From NCBI GenBank assembly GCA_010093605.1, contig MU004201.1:404289-437855 (forward strand): a stretch of 33,567 bases of DNA. Direction: 5' to 3'. The position numbers and the translations under genes are program-made. The notes under the pieces are model-generated. The model did not search any database, was not told the origin of the DNA, and saw nothing but the letters and a program-made list of their open reading frames with translations. The first letter of the stretch is position 1; each line of letters starts with the position of its first letter. Positions 23,001-33,252 of the stretch are shown piece after piece. The stretch comes from Lophium mytilinum (Eukaryota).

Positions 23001-24609
23001 ACACCTATATCCTGGTGCTTGTTTGCTACTTCTTGCGATTCGTGGTTACTAGGGCCCTAAAGGATGCAACCGGGATAATTATAAGAGAGGCTCTAGTGGA
23101 AATTTTTAATCTATTTACAAACCCAATCGCAGGGTACGTCGACATTAGTTCAAACTTTAGGTCTCTAGAAGTGAAGACCCTATTTAGAGAAAGGGGCATT
23201 CCAATCAACGACGCTCCAAGTGGCACCCATCGACCGGTGGGAATGATTAAATAAGTGGTGCGCCTCACACGCAAGAGGTTATAAAAATCGACTGCCATCG
23301 ACAACACATAGGTGGTCCCGGTTGGGTTAGCAGAAGATTGGGATAAACGGCTGTTAGCGGCAGTGCATGACTTGAATCACAGACATATTGTTCACCTCGG
23401 GTACTCCCCGGCGGAGATTATGTTTGGCGGGACTATTGGGGAACTACTAGACAAGGAATTTAACTACCCAGCAGAGGCAAGGAAGGCTATCATTACCCTG
23501 GGTGAACAGGTGGAGCAGAATAGTAACCTGCCAAGGGAAGCTTTGTCCGAGTCGGTTTTTCTATTCATGGGATGGAGAGAGAAACGACGCAGCCGAGTAA
23601 CTAACTCGACCCTGGGCAACCGACAAGCAATGAGGACCCGGTTTAACAAGGCGGTGAAAGCACATCGCTACCAAAATGGGGACCTGGTAATGCTTTAAGT
23701 CGCTAATCCCCGCCTTAGATATAAAGAGAACGATACTAAGTACATTGGCCCCTATAAAATCATCGGTCACGGAGGGAGCATGGGAAGACTTTTAATTTAG
23801 CTACCCTTAATGGAAAGCGTTACCCACTAGGAGCCGTCTACCATGGAGACCGATTACGCAAATTTATTAAAAGGACCGGCTATCTTGCAATTAGGGACAG
23901 ACCGACACTTCCCATAATGGGCGGGTTTTTCTACCGGGCACGAGTTTCCGCCAAATATTATAAGGCAAAGGCAGAGCGAATAGAGGCGGAAGCCGAGATG
24001 TATCGATAGCGGGCTTACCAAAAGCTGGAGAAGAGAAAGGAAGCCATGACCGAAGAGCAGAGGGAAGAGCGGCGGCGGAAGGACAGAGAACGGATGCGGA
24101 ATGCTTATACCCCACGGACGGAGGCGCAGCGCGAGCGACGGAGAGAACGAGACAGGAACCCCGTTAGTAAGAGGACAGAGGAGGAGCGGGAGAAGTCCAG
24201 GCTGCTAAGAAAGGAGTACTAAAGACAAAGATTCGCGGTAAGACCCCCATTAACTGAGGAACAGCGCGAAAAAGAAAACGAACGGTCGAAGCTGCAAAAG
24301 CGGAAAAGGAAAGAAAAGATGACGAAGGAGGCAAAGGAGGAGGCTAGATTGAAACGGAACGAGAAGGATTGAAGGAGGAGAGCCACGCCGGCAAAACCCC
24401 GTTTGCCTGAGGAAGAGCGCCGGAAGAGACATGCCGAAGCAAGGAAGAGGTATAAATAGAGATTGAAAGAGACGGCAGAAGCAATGATAGAGGAGGAAAG
24501 GGAGGAGGCCAGATTAAAAAGGAATAAGGAGGATCGAGAACGTTACCACAAAAGAAAAGCAAGGCTCCTGTCCGAGAAGGAGTTAAGGGAGAAAGGGGCC
24601 TAGGAGTAA
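20060..24609 (+). pseudogene. pol: pol ORF2 (RT, RNase H, integrase with R/E/K-rich tail) in the -1 frame
   Basis: FDLKNAYW, RMAQG and FYIDD (YIDD at 21092-21103); RNase H YTDA...ERNYDTHKREL...TNHKPL...VADGLSR; integrase CITC, ADLIGP and GPY motif. One apparent 1-bp frameshift near 23775. Confidence 0.92.
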
Positions 24610-24798
24610 CCGTACGATCACGCATTTACCGTCATTACTGAACGTATGCATGAAGTTTTCATTTCACAATAGATTATCAATCTTATAATCCATAGTTTAC
24701 CACCACCATCCTTCCGACTCCGTTATAGATCCCAAGACGGTCTATTATTAAGGAGCCCATCCAGATTTAACATCTCGACCGAGGGCGGTCAATCTCTC

Positions 24799-24808
24799 AG
24801 GGGGGGAG
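24799..24808 (+). promoter_or_regulatory. Polypurine tract
   Basis: AGGGGGGGAG, one base before the 3' LTR. Confidence 0.9.
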
Positions 24809-24809
24809 T

Positions 24810-25038
24810 TATGAAGCCAGCAAGTGAGTAAACTGTTTAATAGGCGGTTTTACGGGTAGAGGAGAGAGAGACCTGTTTTGTTTCGGGTAGTAGTGTTATA
24901 TTGGTTTCAGGAAGGAGCTGCCTAGTTACCTAAGTATGTTTCAATTCAGCTCAACTTACCGCTAGTTGCAGAACTGTAGGATATAGCTGTAGGAGCCCAC
25001 ATCAATCAATGGACAGTGTTCTCTTTCCGGATCTTTTC
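24810..25038 (+). repeat. 3' LTR of the gypsy element
   Basis: TATGAAGCCAGC...CCGGATCTTTTC (initial TG changed to TA, RIP-type); direct repeat of 16106-16334. Confidence 0.97.
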
Positions 25039-25044
25039 TACTCA

Positions 25045-25440
25045 ACTTGGTGGAGTATTCGGTTTCAGATCTTACACGCTTTTAAAGTCCCCCGGGTGGC
25101 GCGGATGGATCTTAATTACATCTTAATCACTTCTTAGCTTCTACTATGAGCATGTCCAATGAACCAGACTTTAACAAATAGGCCCACCTTGGAACCCGAG
25201 AAGGTCCGCTATATGCCAACGTTATTAGTGCCTGCAAATAGCTCTCACCGTGGGATGAGGGGGTGCTCAATCTCCTAGATGGTGAACTTGTGCGAGGAAA
25301 CCAGCTAAAACGACGTCGAGCTAATAGCAGTAAGGAGCTGAATATATAGGAGAATGGACGTTAAAGGCAATACTAAGGAGGACGATATAGATAAAGGTGA
25401 GTAGAGTACCATGCGTATGACTTGCTGAGAAATACTACTT
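25045..25440 (+). pseudogene. 3' part of the unknown gene interrupted by the gypsy element
   Basis: Coding-like frame such as MSNEPDFNK*AHLGTREGPLYANVISACK*LSPWDEGVLNLLDGELVRGNQLKRRR. No domain recognised. Confidence 0.3.
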
Positions 25441-26403
25441 ATACTATGTTAATTAAGAAATGTTGACGCAATTAACCGATATAGATGTCTGCTTACTATG
25501 CTGTTAATCTCATTAACGGCGGGGGGAGGCCTGCTAAGTGAATGATTAATGACCTGCTTATTAGCCGCAGCATCACCAACATTAAGATTCTCTCCATGAC
25601 CACCCCAAGCTCGCAGCACCACGCCCTCTTTAACCTTAACACCCATTCCACTATAGCATTCCAACGCGCGTTTATTCCCGCCTTGTATCCCGAACGCCTC
25701 CAGAGCCTACCCAGTGCGCTAGACTACATCGACAGCAGCTCAGTAGATGGCGAAGTAGTGTGTTGATTGATGTGCGAGGGAGGAAGCTAGCTAAAACGGA
25801 AGGATCCCTAGATATACAGCATTGTGCTAAGAAGCCAGTAGGTACGCAGCAAGGACGCCATAGATTACCCCATTCTTAGCCGAAGAGCGTTAGTTTACAG
25901 CCGGTGAATGGCTAAGGTAATATAGTGCTGGTCCTAGGTACAGTACTAGGACTTTGAAATCCAGAATCGCCTGAAATTATAATTTTTTAACGACCACGCC
26001 CAACCACAAGCTCTAATACCTGGTGTACCATCCTCTAGCCTTCCTAACCGCCTTGAGTCTCTTTTCCATGCCGCTAACCAACTTATTAAGCAAACTTTAG
26101 GGTAGAGCCAGCCATGCCTCCTTGCATAGACACAAGCTTTTATAACTACGCTGCAAGCCTATTACTCACCATGACGCCTTCAACAAAGCCGGTGTAGTAG
26201 AAGAAAGCATGTATAGAAGAGACTATGCTCTATTATAGAGCGTTTCAATGTGCCGGGAGTTAGGCATAGAGGGAGCGGAGATACTAGAGTAAAACCCTAG
26301 GACACTTTGTTAATTAGAGTCTTTCAACCCAGTGTAAGGAATTTAGACTCGACGTCTTCTTCTGAATCGTGATTAAAAATTCGAATAGAGCCCACTTTAG
26401 CTG

Positions 26404-26557
26404 TGTTCAAGGATATCGCTCCCGGTATTATGCTATTTGTTTAATAAAGTCACGTGACTGTATTACATGATTAACAGTATATAGCTACTTCTTAGGTTGC
26501 TGCTCTTCTATACTTAGTTAATTACTTTCTCCCACTCGTAACTGGTTACATTAAACA
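26404..26557 (+). repeat. 5' LTR of a copia element
   Basis: Ends TTAAACA directly before a copia PBS. Start is either TGTTCAA (26404) or TGTTTAAT (26438), both inverted matches to the end. Contains palindrome AGTCACGTGACT. No partner LTR in the window. Confidence 0.65.
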
Positions 26558-26571
26558 GGTTATGAGCCCAG
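26558..26571 (+). promoter_or_regulatory. Copia-type PBS (internal initiator tRNA-Met priming)
   Basis: GGTTATGAGCCCAG, one mismatch from the copia/Hemivirus PBS GGTTATGGGCCCAG. Confidence 0.85.
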
Positions 26572-28428
26572 AAACCTGCGAATTCGCTGCTAAGTGTTGA
26601 AACTCACAGAACGCGACTTAAAAGCTAACCACTTCCCAGAGCTATATCTCTGGCAATAGACACGCTGCAATCTTTCCCTCTTCGCTGTTTAACAGCGAAT
26701 ACTACGAACAGTCTCGTGTTGAACCCCCTTGGGAGAAAAACGGCTCAATCCTCCATAAACCCTGGTGGTTTCTGGCGAACCATGCTAATCCTCTACCTAC
26801 TTCCCTGGGCACCCTCTCAAACCTAACCTCCCGCGATTTCTACATGCGCGCACGTTTGGAACCCCCAGGGGGCTGAGGCTATCGTGACTTTAAAATGGAT
26901 GGCTGGGGAAAAGTGTTCTGTAGAAAGCTGATTGAGTAACAATTGGAAAGCTGGCGCTAAGGCGCTAACTAGCCCCGCTTATCCAGCATCCTGCATTCTC
27001 ACAAACCCCCTTAACCAGCTATCTTAATTATCATTAATCAGCTAATAAAAACCATCCTCCACCATAATAAACAATCCAGATTAGTCTTTACTTGACTCCT
27101 ATTAAGCTACGCATACCTGTCGTTATAATCTACGTCCTCGGCCACTCCAGCCAGCTGCAGAAGGTCGCTTCTTAGACCCCGACCGCTTTTTAAGCACTGC
27201 ATACTAATTCCGTTATCTATACGGCAACCCTTAGCGAGCATTCTATAAAGTAGTTCGCTACAAGCCATTACTCTCGTCCTTAGAGTTATCAGACTACTTA
27301 GGAGTTACCTTAGACTCCATACCCCCGCCTCTATCTTTAATAGACCTCTTTGGTCTTGAAGTTTACTCGCCTCTACGGTTAAGATCTACCTCTCCAGATA
27401 CACCTATTAAGTCTCTCTCTCATACTGATCTTTCACTGCAAGTACACACTTTATCCTCTGCAATTTTACGCTTTTAAGGCAATTAACGCTTAGCTCCGCC
27501 GAAATCTAGCACAGACTCCGACTTTCCTATACTACCTCGTCGTCTTACTTTGCCGGAATCAAGCCTAGACGCCCCTCCGCACGTTACATCGCCCTCTAAT
27601 CCTCCATCGTTTGTATTCCCTCAAAACAACTTCTTAGGATTATTTTGGCAGCCCGACTCCAATTCCATAGACAATGTCGAACAAAACAAACGCCGTAAGC
27701 GGCTCTTTGGCAGTGATAACCATGTCGCTCGGATCGATCCTACTACTCGAATCTCCAGCTGGATATTTGAAGTGGGAAAGGGAAATGCATAACTGCTTGG
27801 GAATGGCAGGCTATAGCAGCCTCCTAGGCCGCCAAAAGGAAGAACCAACGGAGGCCAAGAGGAAAGAGTCATAGCTTGATAAGCAAGATAGAGCTATTGC
27901 GATGGTCCAATCGCGATGCGGGCTTAACGCAAGAGAGGAAATTAAGGGCCTTAAACACCTAGACACAGTTCTGCATAAAATGAAGCTACGCTTTACACCT
28001 CGAGGAAGTGCCATCTTTCAGCAACTTGACCTAAACTTTAGCACCCTCACTCGCCTCTTGCATAAACGTCTTAAACTTTGCTAAACGCCTACAGCACGCC
28101 CGGAATGAGATCCATAAACTAGACCCGACCTATTGCATTAGTAAACCTCATCTAGTAAACTGCTTCCTTACAGGCCTCGGTCCCGAATTCTCAACTTTTA
28201 TATCCGCCTTCTATTAGGTCAACTCGCTAATTCCTGACCGCGACGATGCCGGAATCCTTACACGAGCAGCTGTTACCTTTGACGCCGCTGTAATGGCCGC
28301 AGAAAAGGAGGAACAGGCACAACGCCTTGCAGAGACTCCGCCAATTCCGGTGGCTATAGCTGACGTCTAAGGCTGCAAGCTATGCGCTTACTGTTATAGC
28401 CGAACACACAAGAAGCCAGATTGCTGGA
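26572..28428 (+). mobile_element. gag: Copia gag half, truncated just after the zinc knuckle
   Basis: DKQDRAIAMVQSRCG..., FLTGLGPEFSTF..., VTFDAAVMAAEKEEQ, then CAYCYSRTHKKPDCW (CX2CX4HX4C, 28383-28427). No protease follows. Confidence 0.85.
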
Positions 28429-28883
28429 AAAAACTAAAGAAGATTTCTCGCCGTTACTACTTAGGCTGTGAACCTGCAATTCCTCCCCTTACACCCGAAG
28501 AGGCTTGTTTAGCTATAAGAGAATCTCTTACGGGTACAGAGTATGGCGGAAAAGGACGGCTGGGAGCAAAACAGAAAGATCTTATTAAGAAAGTTCGTGA
28601 AGCCACGCAAATCCTAGTGGATAACCGTGCGAAGGAGGAAGAGAGTTGGAAGAATAGGGTTAAACTTAATAGATATATCTAGCAGCAGCGAGACTATTTA
28701 CGGAGACTTAATCGCAAGGATCGAGACGTTATAAAGAGACAACAAAATCTTAGAAACACCTTATTAGTCCGTGTATCCGAATCTCTCTAGAGCTGTCTTC
28801 TCTAGGTTGATCCCAACTTAATAAAGATTGAGGCGAATGCTAACCTTGTTCCCCAACTTCCCCATTACAATGCTAAATTGTAA
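28429..28883 (+). pseudogene. Non-copia coding fragment fused after the zinc knuckle
   Basis: KLKKISRRYYLGCEPAIPPLTPEEACLAIRESLTG...NANLVPQLPHYNAKL*, with three internal TAG stops and no protease motif. Confidence 0.45.
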
Positions 28884-29316
28884 CCTCGAGCACCCATTTA
28901 TAATTAAACCCTAAATAAGAGTCCTCTATGAAAATAATATAGCCTTATAAGCTAAAGAATCCACTTCCTCAATGCAAGCTAATGAAAAAAAAATAAGCCG
29001 CAGTAATCTGCATCATTCGGCTATACTTTAGGAGTAGTATTGTATCACCAACTTCCTTTATATACCGGTTATTTATCGTTTAACATAAGAGTTCCTTAAT
29101 AGGATATAGATAATTCTTACAGCGGCATCTATATAAGGGTTTTGCTTAGCTTTCTTTTCTATAGGCTGCTAAAAAGATTATTAGATAACGGAATACACAA
29201 TCTTGGGCGTTATAGGTCAATTTATAACAGGTGGAATGGAATTGCGAGAATTATTCTCCTCTATTTTTCACACTCTAATCATGCCCATGCGGGTCTTAGA
29301 CGTTTCGTTTGTTTAT

Positions 29317-30426
29317 CTAGGCAATGCGGTATTGTTTAGGTAGTACAAATCCCACTGCCTTAAGAACCCTATGTCTGTTCTTGAGTGTGTGAAGCTGGCT
29401 GATTCTATCCCGCTTAAAGTACTCTAGAATATCTGCCCACTTGTGGCAAAGGACATCCCTCCGTCTTAACAACTTATAATTGTCTTCCGTTCTCCACAGG
29501 TATTCCCTTCTACGGCCACTGCCAGATGCCTCCACTATGCCTGTTTTATCATCCAGCATAGAATTCTTCCCTTAGTGCAATCTTGTTGTGCCAACGCTCT
29601 GAGTATTCGCAGGAGGTGCTGATAAGACCACTTGCTGAGAGTCTGAGGTGGAGGTTGTTGGTCTGTCTATAGGCACAGGCGCGGCGTTGCTTACTGCCTT
29701 TTCTATGCTTGAAGAACTGGATGAAGGCACGAATGTAGGAGTCATGTCTGCAGAAGGCGACGACGTAATTAGAAATCCCATGAGATGTGGTGGAACTTCC
29801 TTCCAAGTTTCTAGAAACGCCGTAACTTGGCAAGCAATGCTGTTTTGAAGCATTTTAGCTGCAGCTTCATACCCAGTGGCATTGTCGGCATCCTTGGCAT
29901 TATCCCTCTTGGCTTTGAATGCCCGCTTCTGGCTAGAGCCCTCGGCATCACTCTCATCATCCTTTTCGGCCTCGAACGCCTGCTCTTCGCTAGATCCTTC
30001 GGTAAAACTGTCATCATGCCTTTGAGCCTTAAATGTCTGCTCCTGGCTAGGACCCCCGGCATTATTGCTATCATCTTTTTCGGCCTCGAACGCCTGCTCT
30101 TCGCTAGATCCTTTGGCAAAACCGTTATTATGCCTTTCAGCCTTAGATGTCTGCTCTTGGCTAGACCCCCTAGCATAGGTCCATGTCTGTCGCCAAAGTC
30201 TATCCCGGGGCAAATTTTCGAGATGGCCATTATTTTCCACTATGTCCCACGTTTGTAGATTAATCTTATCGCTGATAGTGGGATCGTTCTGGTACTTCAA
30301 AGCGATTGCTAGAAGAGCTTCCCCCAGCTTCCCCTTATTAGCGGCGATTCGTTCTGCGCATTCGGATGGGGGCTGTTCCTCTGGAAGAGAAGAATGGGTT
30401 CTGTTAGAAATAGGTCTTTGGTCCAT
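29317..30426 (-). pseudogene. Myb/SANT-like domain protein with acidic 19-aa repeats; one in-frame TAA
   Basis: ORFs 29572-30426 and 29317-29559 share a frame, separated by RLH*GKNSM (TAA at 29574-29572). C-terminal WRTEDNYKLL...WADILEYF...LKNRHRVLK fits a Myb-like pattern. Confidence 0.6.
29884..30168 (-). repeat. Five 57-bp coding repeats in an A-B-A-B-A arrangement
   Basis: GSSQEQTSKAERHNNGFAK / GSSEEQAFEAEKDDSNNAG / GPSQEQTFKAQRHDDSFTE / GSSEEQAFEAEKDDESDAE / GSSQKRAFKAKRDNAKDAD. Confidence 0.92.
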
Positions 30427-30619
30427 TTCCTATGTCCTTAGGAAAGGTCGAGACGGATGTAGGATTTGGCGAAAGATATGACACTTTCTAGAGGAAAAGT
30501 TAACTCGGTGTTAGAACAGTATATGTATTCTAGAGACGAAAACAGGCAAACAGCTATTTTGAAAAAACTCTAGATTGTAAGAAGCAAACGGTTGAGAACT
30601 TACTAGGAATCTAGAGACA

Positions 30620-30760
30620 AACTTAAATCCGCAAACAATTTCCGTATTAAAGAGATAGAATTCTTTCGGCCTAATCTAGATGCCTAGTTTGGGTAGGTAA
30701 CGTTATTACCGGCTCTAACACGTACGTTTAGGACGTGTTTATCTTTAAGTCTATTCTGCC
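30620..30760 (+). mobile_element. Possible fragment of a fungal retroelement gag-like N-terminal domain
   Basis: FRIKEIEFFRPNLDA*FG then, after a frameshift, GNVITGSNTYV*DVFIF. Resembles from memory the (E/D)IGFFxP...G...RDVxxF motif. Confidence 0.35.
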
Positions 30761-30949
30761 AACCGCTATAGTAGCGTCTAGAGGTGAGTACATGTTACGG
30801 TTACGGACGTTAGCAACGGTTACGTTAAGGACGCTTATGTGAAGTTTCTAGAGGACAGCAGGTAATTATAGCACGTGCACGTCGCCTACATAAGCGTAGA
30901 CCTTAGTTATCTCTATCTATAAGAATCTGTTGTGGCTCTAGCCTGATAG

Positions 30950-31560
30950 CACACGTTTTACTCCACTTTCTTAGTAAACGGTAAACTAGCATAGTGATTA
31001 CTAGAGCTCTATTATAAGCTCGCCAGCTCCGCATCTTGCAAGTCGAACTCAAGAGACTAAGCCGACAGGCTGTCGCCGTCGTTGACAGCGTCACCGGCCT
31101 TCACTACGCGATTCTCGAGCTTCAACCGACAATTTCCTTTCAACAGTCTCCTAGAACCCGTCATCTTTGAAGATTACCTGGAAACCTTTAACGACTTCCT
31201 GGAACTGCCGTCTTTACGAACTACTTGAAACCTATTTCTTTGACACCCTTTGAAAACCCCTCGTCTTCAACAACTGCCTTGTTTCGACGACCTCTTAGAA
31301 ACGGCCGTCCGCTAGCGCCTTCTTAGAAACCGCTATTAACAGCTTCTGGGCTCCGTTGTTCTGTACAACGTTATCCAGCCACACGCGGAAGCTTTCATAG
31401 GCCCCACTGCTTCCTCCTAGTAATTTGGTGTAATTGCGTTCTAAAAACGATAATTTGGTTTGGTGTCTAGGTTTTTCTAGCATCCGCGTAGGCCCTGAGG
31501 AAGTAGTCCTGTGGTTTGCAGAAAATCATGTGATTAACAGACCCCATCTACTTTCCTCTC
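30950..31560 (-). pseudogene. Degraded coding segment of unknown function
   Basis: ORF 31295-31483 and its continuation, with recurring F(Q/*)E(V/T)V(E/K) motifs. Confidence 0.3.
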
Positions 31561-31590
31561 AAATTTTCTTCCATAACCTTTCTCTTTATC

Positions 31591-31652
31591 AACTCTCCTT
31601 CATTAGCTCTCCTTTAGTAACTCTCCTTTATTAACTCTCCTTCATTAGCTCT
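31591..31652. repeat. 14-bp tandem repeat, about 4.5 copies
   Basis: AACTCTCCTTCATT AGCTCTCCTTTAGT AACTCTCCTTTATT AACTCTCCTTCATT AGCTCT. Confidence 0.85.
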
Positions 31653-31711
31653 TTTTATGACGCTAGCGTCTAGCACACAGACGTTAGGCGTCACCCTCGA
31701 GCTGTCTAACA

Positions 31712-31782
31712 CCCGCGTTCACCTTATTAACGCCCGCATTCAGCTTATTAATGCCCGCATTTAGCTTATTAACGCCTGCGTC
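31712..31782. repeat. 21-bp tandem repeat, about 3 copies
   Basis: Three variants of CCCGCATTCAGCTTATTAACG. Confidence 0.85.
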
Positions 31783-32039
31783 AAGCTATCCAGGCCATTA
31801 CTTTACGGGCCGCCGTTGTCTTTGGCGCCCTTCTTCAACTATACACCCCCATCTTTGGCCTCCCGCTATTCCACGTCCAGCGCAAGCAGCTCTAACATCC
31901 CCCCTAAGGAGAGTCAACACATAAAAGATGGCGCGTAGATAAGGTAGTTACCCGATAAATGCAATTGCCAGTATCCAGTATAGCCAAAAAGGACAGATTA
32001 ACGCTATCAAGCATTATTAGGCAGCTGGATAGAGCCATT

Positions 32040-33252
32040 AAAGGCGAATGCAACGCCGAAGTCTTATTAATGAAGCTCGGTCTATGAGACTCGCTTTGAA
32101 TCTGCCGCTTTAACTTACTCTAGAACCATACCTAGCCGCTGCGTATCTGCTTAATCGTACGCCAACTAAAGCAATTAGCTGGAAAACATTATTTAAACTC
32201 GCATACAACAAGAAGCCATTAATTGCAAACTTCAAGATTTATGGCTGCCGAGCTTATGCACTTCGAAAGCAGATCTCACGAGGAGATAAGGTCTCCGAGA
32301 GGGCTTAAATTGGCTATCTTGTAGGCTACAATTCAACCAACGTCTACCGAGTCTAGATTCTAAACGCCAACAGCGGAGCTCACAGAGGCAAAGTTATTCG
32401 AATCCGAGACGTCACCTGTAAGCAAGACACGTTTTATTAAAGCTATAATAGCACAGATCCGCTGCATTAAGATGAAGAGCTCGAATAAATCATACTGCTG
32501 CTATATCAGCCCGCGCTTCATTACCTGGAGGAATTATCTGAGAACAAATCCGAGCTGCAAGCATTGTCAATCGAGCAAGCATTACTGAATGAGTAAGCAT
32601 TATCAATCAATCAAGCAGCAATCGAGCAAGAATCGACAGCTGCAGATGATCTGATTTACACGGCAAAATCTCCACCTTATCTGCTAATGCATTATCCACA
32701 ATCTCGATTCGAACACAAGCAATCAAGCGAGCCATCTCATAAGCTTCGAAGCAAGCCATTACATGGGCGATTAAGCGAGCTACTAAAGAAGCGCTTAAGC
32801 TCTACAGTAAACTTATGCATAACGCTTATAGAAACAAGCTCCAATTAGACACGGAAAAGAGAGCTTAACTCTGAAGATTCTGATTCGAATACAGCTCCGA
32901 ATCGCGAGCTGATCGACAGTACACCAAGATTAGCACACATCCTACCCGAAGGGACCACACGAAATGGAGCTCCATGCAAGGAATCTTACGACAACTTAAG
33001 TTTCTTCGTCCTGAAATACTGGTCCACGTACGTAGCTGCTTTACATACAGCTCTAAAGACACGATTCCACCACAGGGAGCTTCTAACCGAGCCAACACAC
33101 CATTAAAATGGTATGAAATTGCTATCACCACACAGGAAAGGCTTCTGATCAGCAATGCATTAAGTAATCGAGACGATTAAGCGCAAAGGAACGTATAGGC
33201 AGGTAGCTTTAGAGGAACTAGATGCTTAAAATAACAAAGTTCTTCCACTACA
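32040..33252 (+). mobile_element. Second Ty1/copia fragment (integrase C-terminus, SH3-like, linker, start of RT)
   Basis: LINEARSMRLALNLP...AAAYLLNRTPTKAISWKT...IYGCRAY...IGYLVGYNSTNVYRV...IRIRDVT; near 33140-33250, PHRKGF*SAM...IETIKRKGTYRQV...KVLPL. Confidence 0.9.

Larger units (their letters stand above)
16106..25038 (+). mobile_element. Full-length Ty3/gypsy LTR retrotransposon, RIP-inactivated
   Basis: Two 229-bp LTRs, PBS, PPT, target duplication (T)ACTTA/(T)ACTCA, and domain order gag-PR-RT-RH-IN. Confidence 0.97.

Noticed and set aside
23960..24620. env-like third ORF or chromodomain; antisense ORFs 24250-24432 and 24344-24625
   Set aside because: No signal peptide, transmembrane or chromodomain pattern. 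The region is in frame with the integrase end, and the antisense ORFs mirror a purine-rich strand.
15480..25440. Gene beside the Tc1 transposase as a Fanzor/TnpB nuclease
   Set aside because: I found no RuvC-type DPG, E..TS..C..C or RDxNA motifs in the frames I read.
29884..30168. Relationship between the two 57-bp repeat arrays
   Set aside because: Same period but no sequence similarity to 11784-12145.
29811..30258. Overlapping ORFs 29811-30230 and 29827-30258 as separate genes
   Set aside because: Alternative-frame shadows of the repeat region in the 284-aa ORF.
26404..33252. Copia gag at 26.5-28.4 kb and copia IN/RT at 32-33.2 kb as one interrupted element
   Set aside because: Protease and most of the integrase core are missing between them and no insertion boundaries are visible. 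The gag fits the 1-1959 fragment at base level. Not fully excluded.
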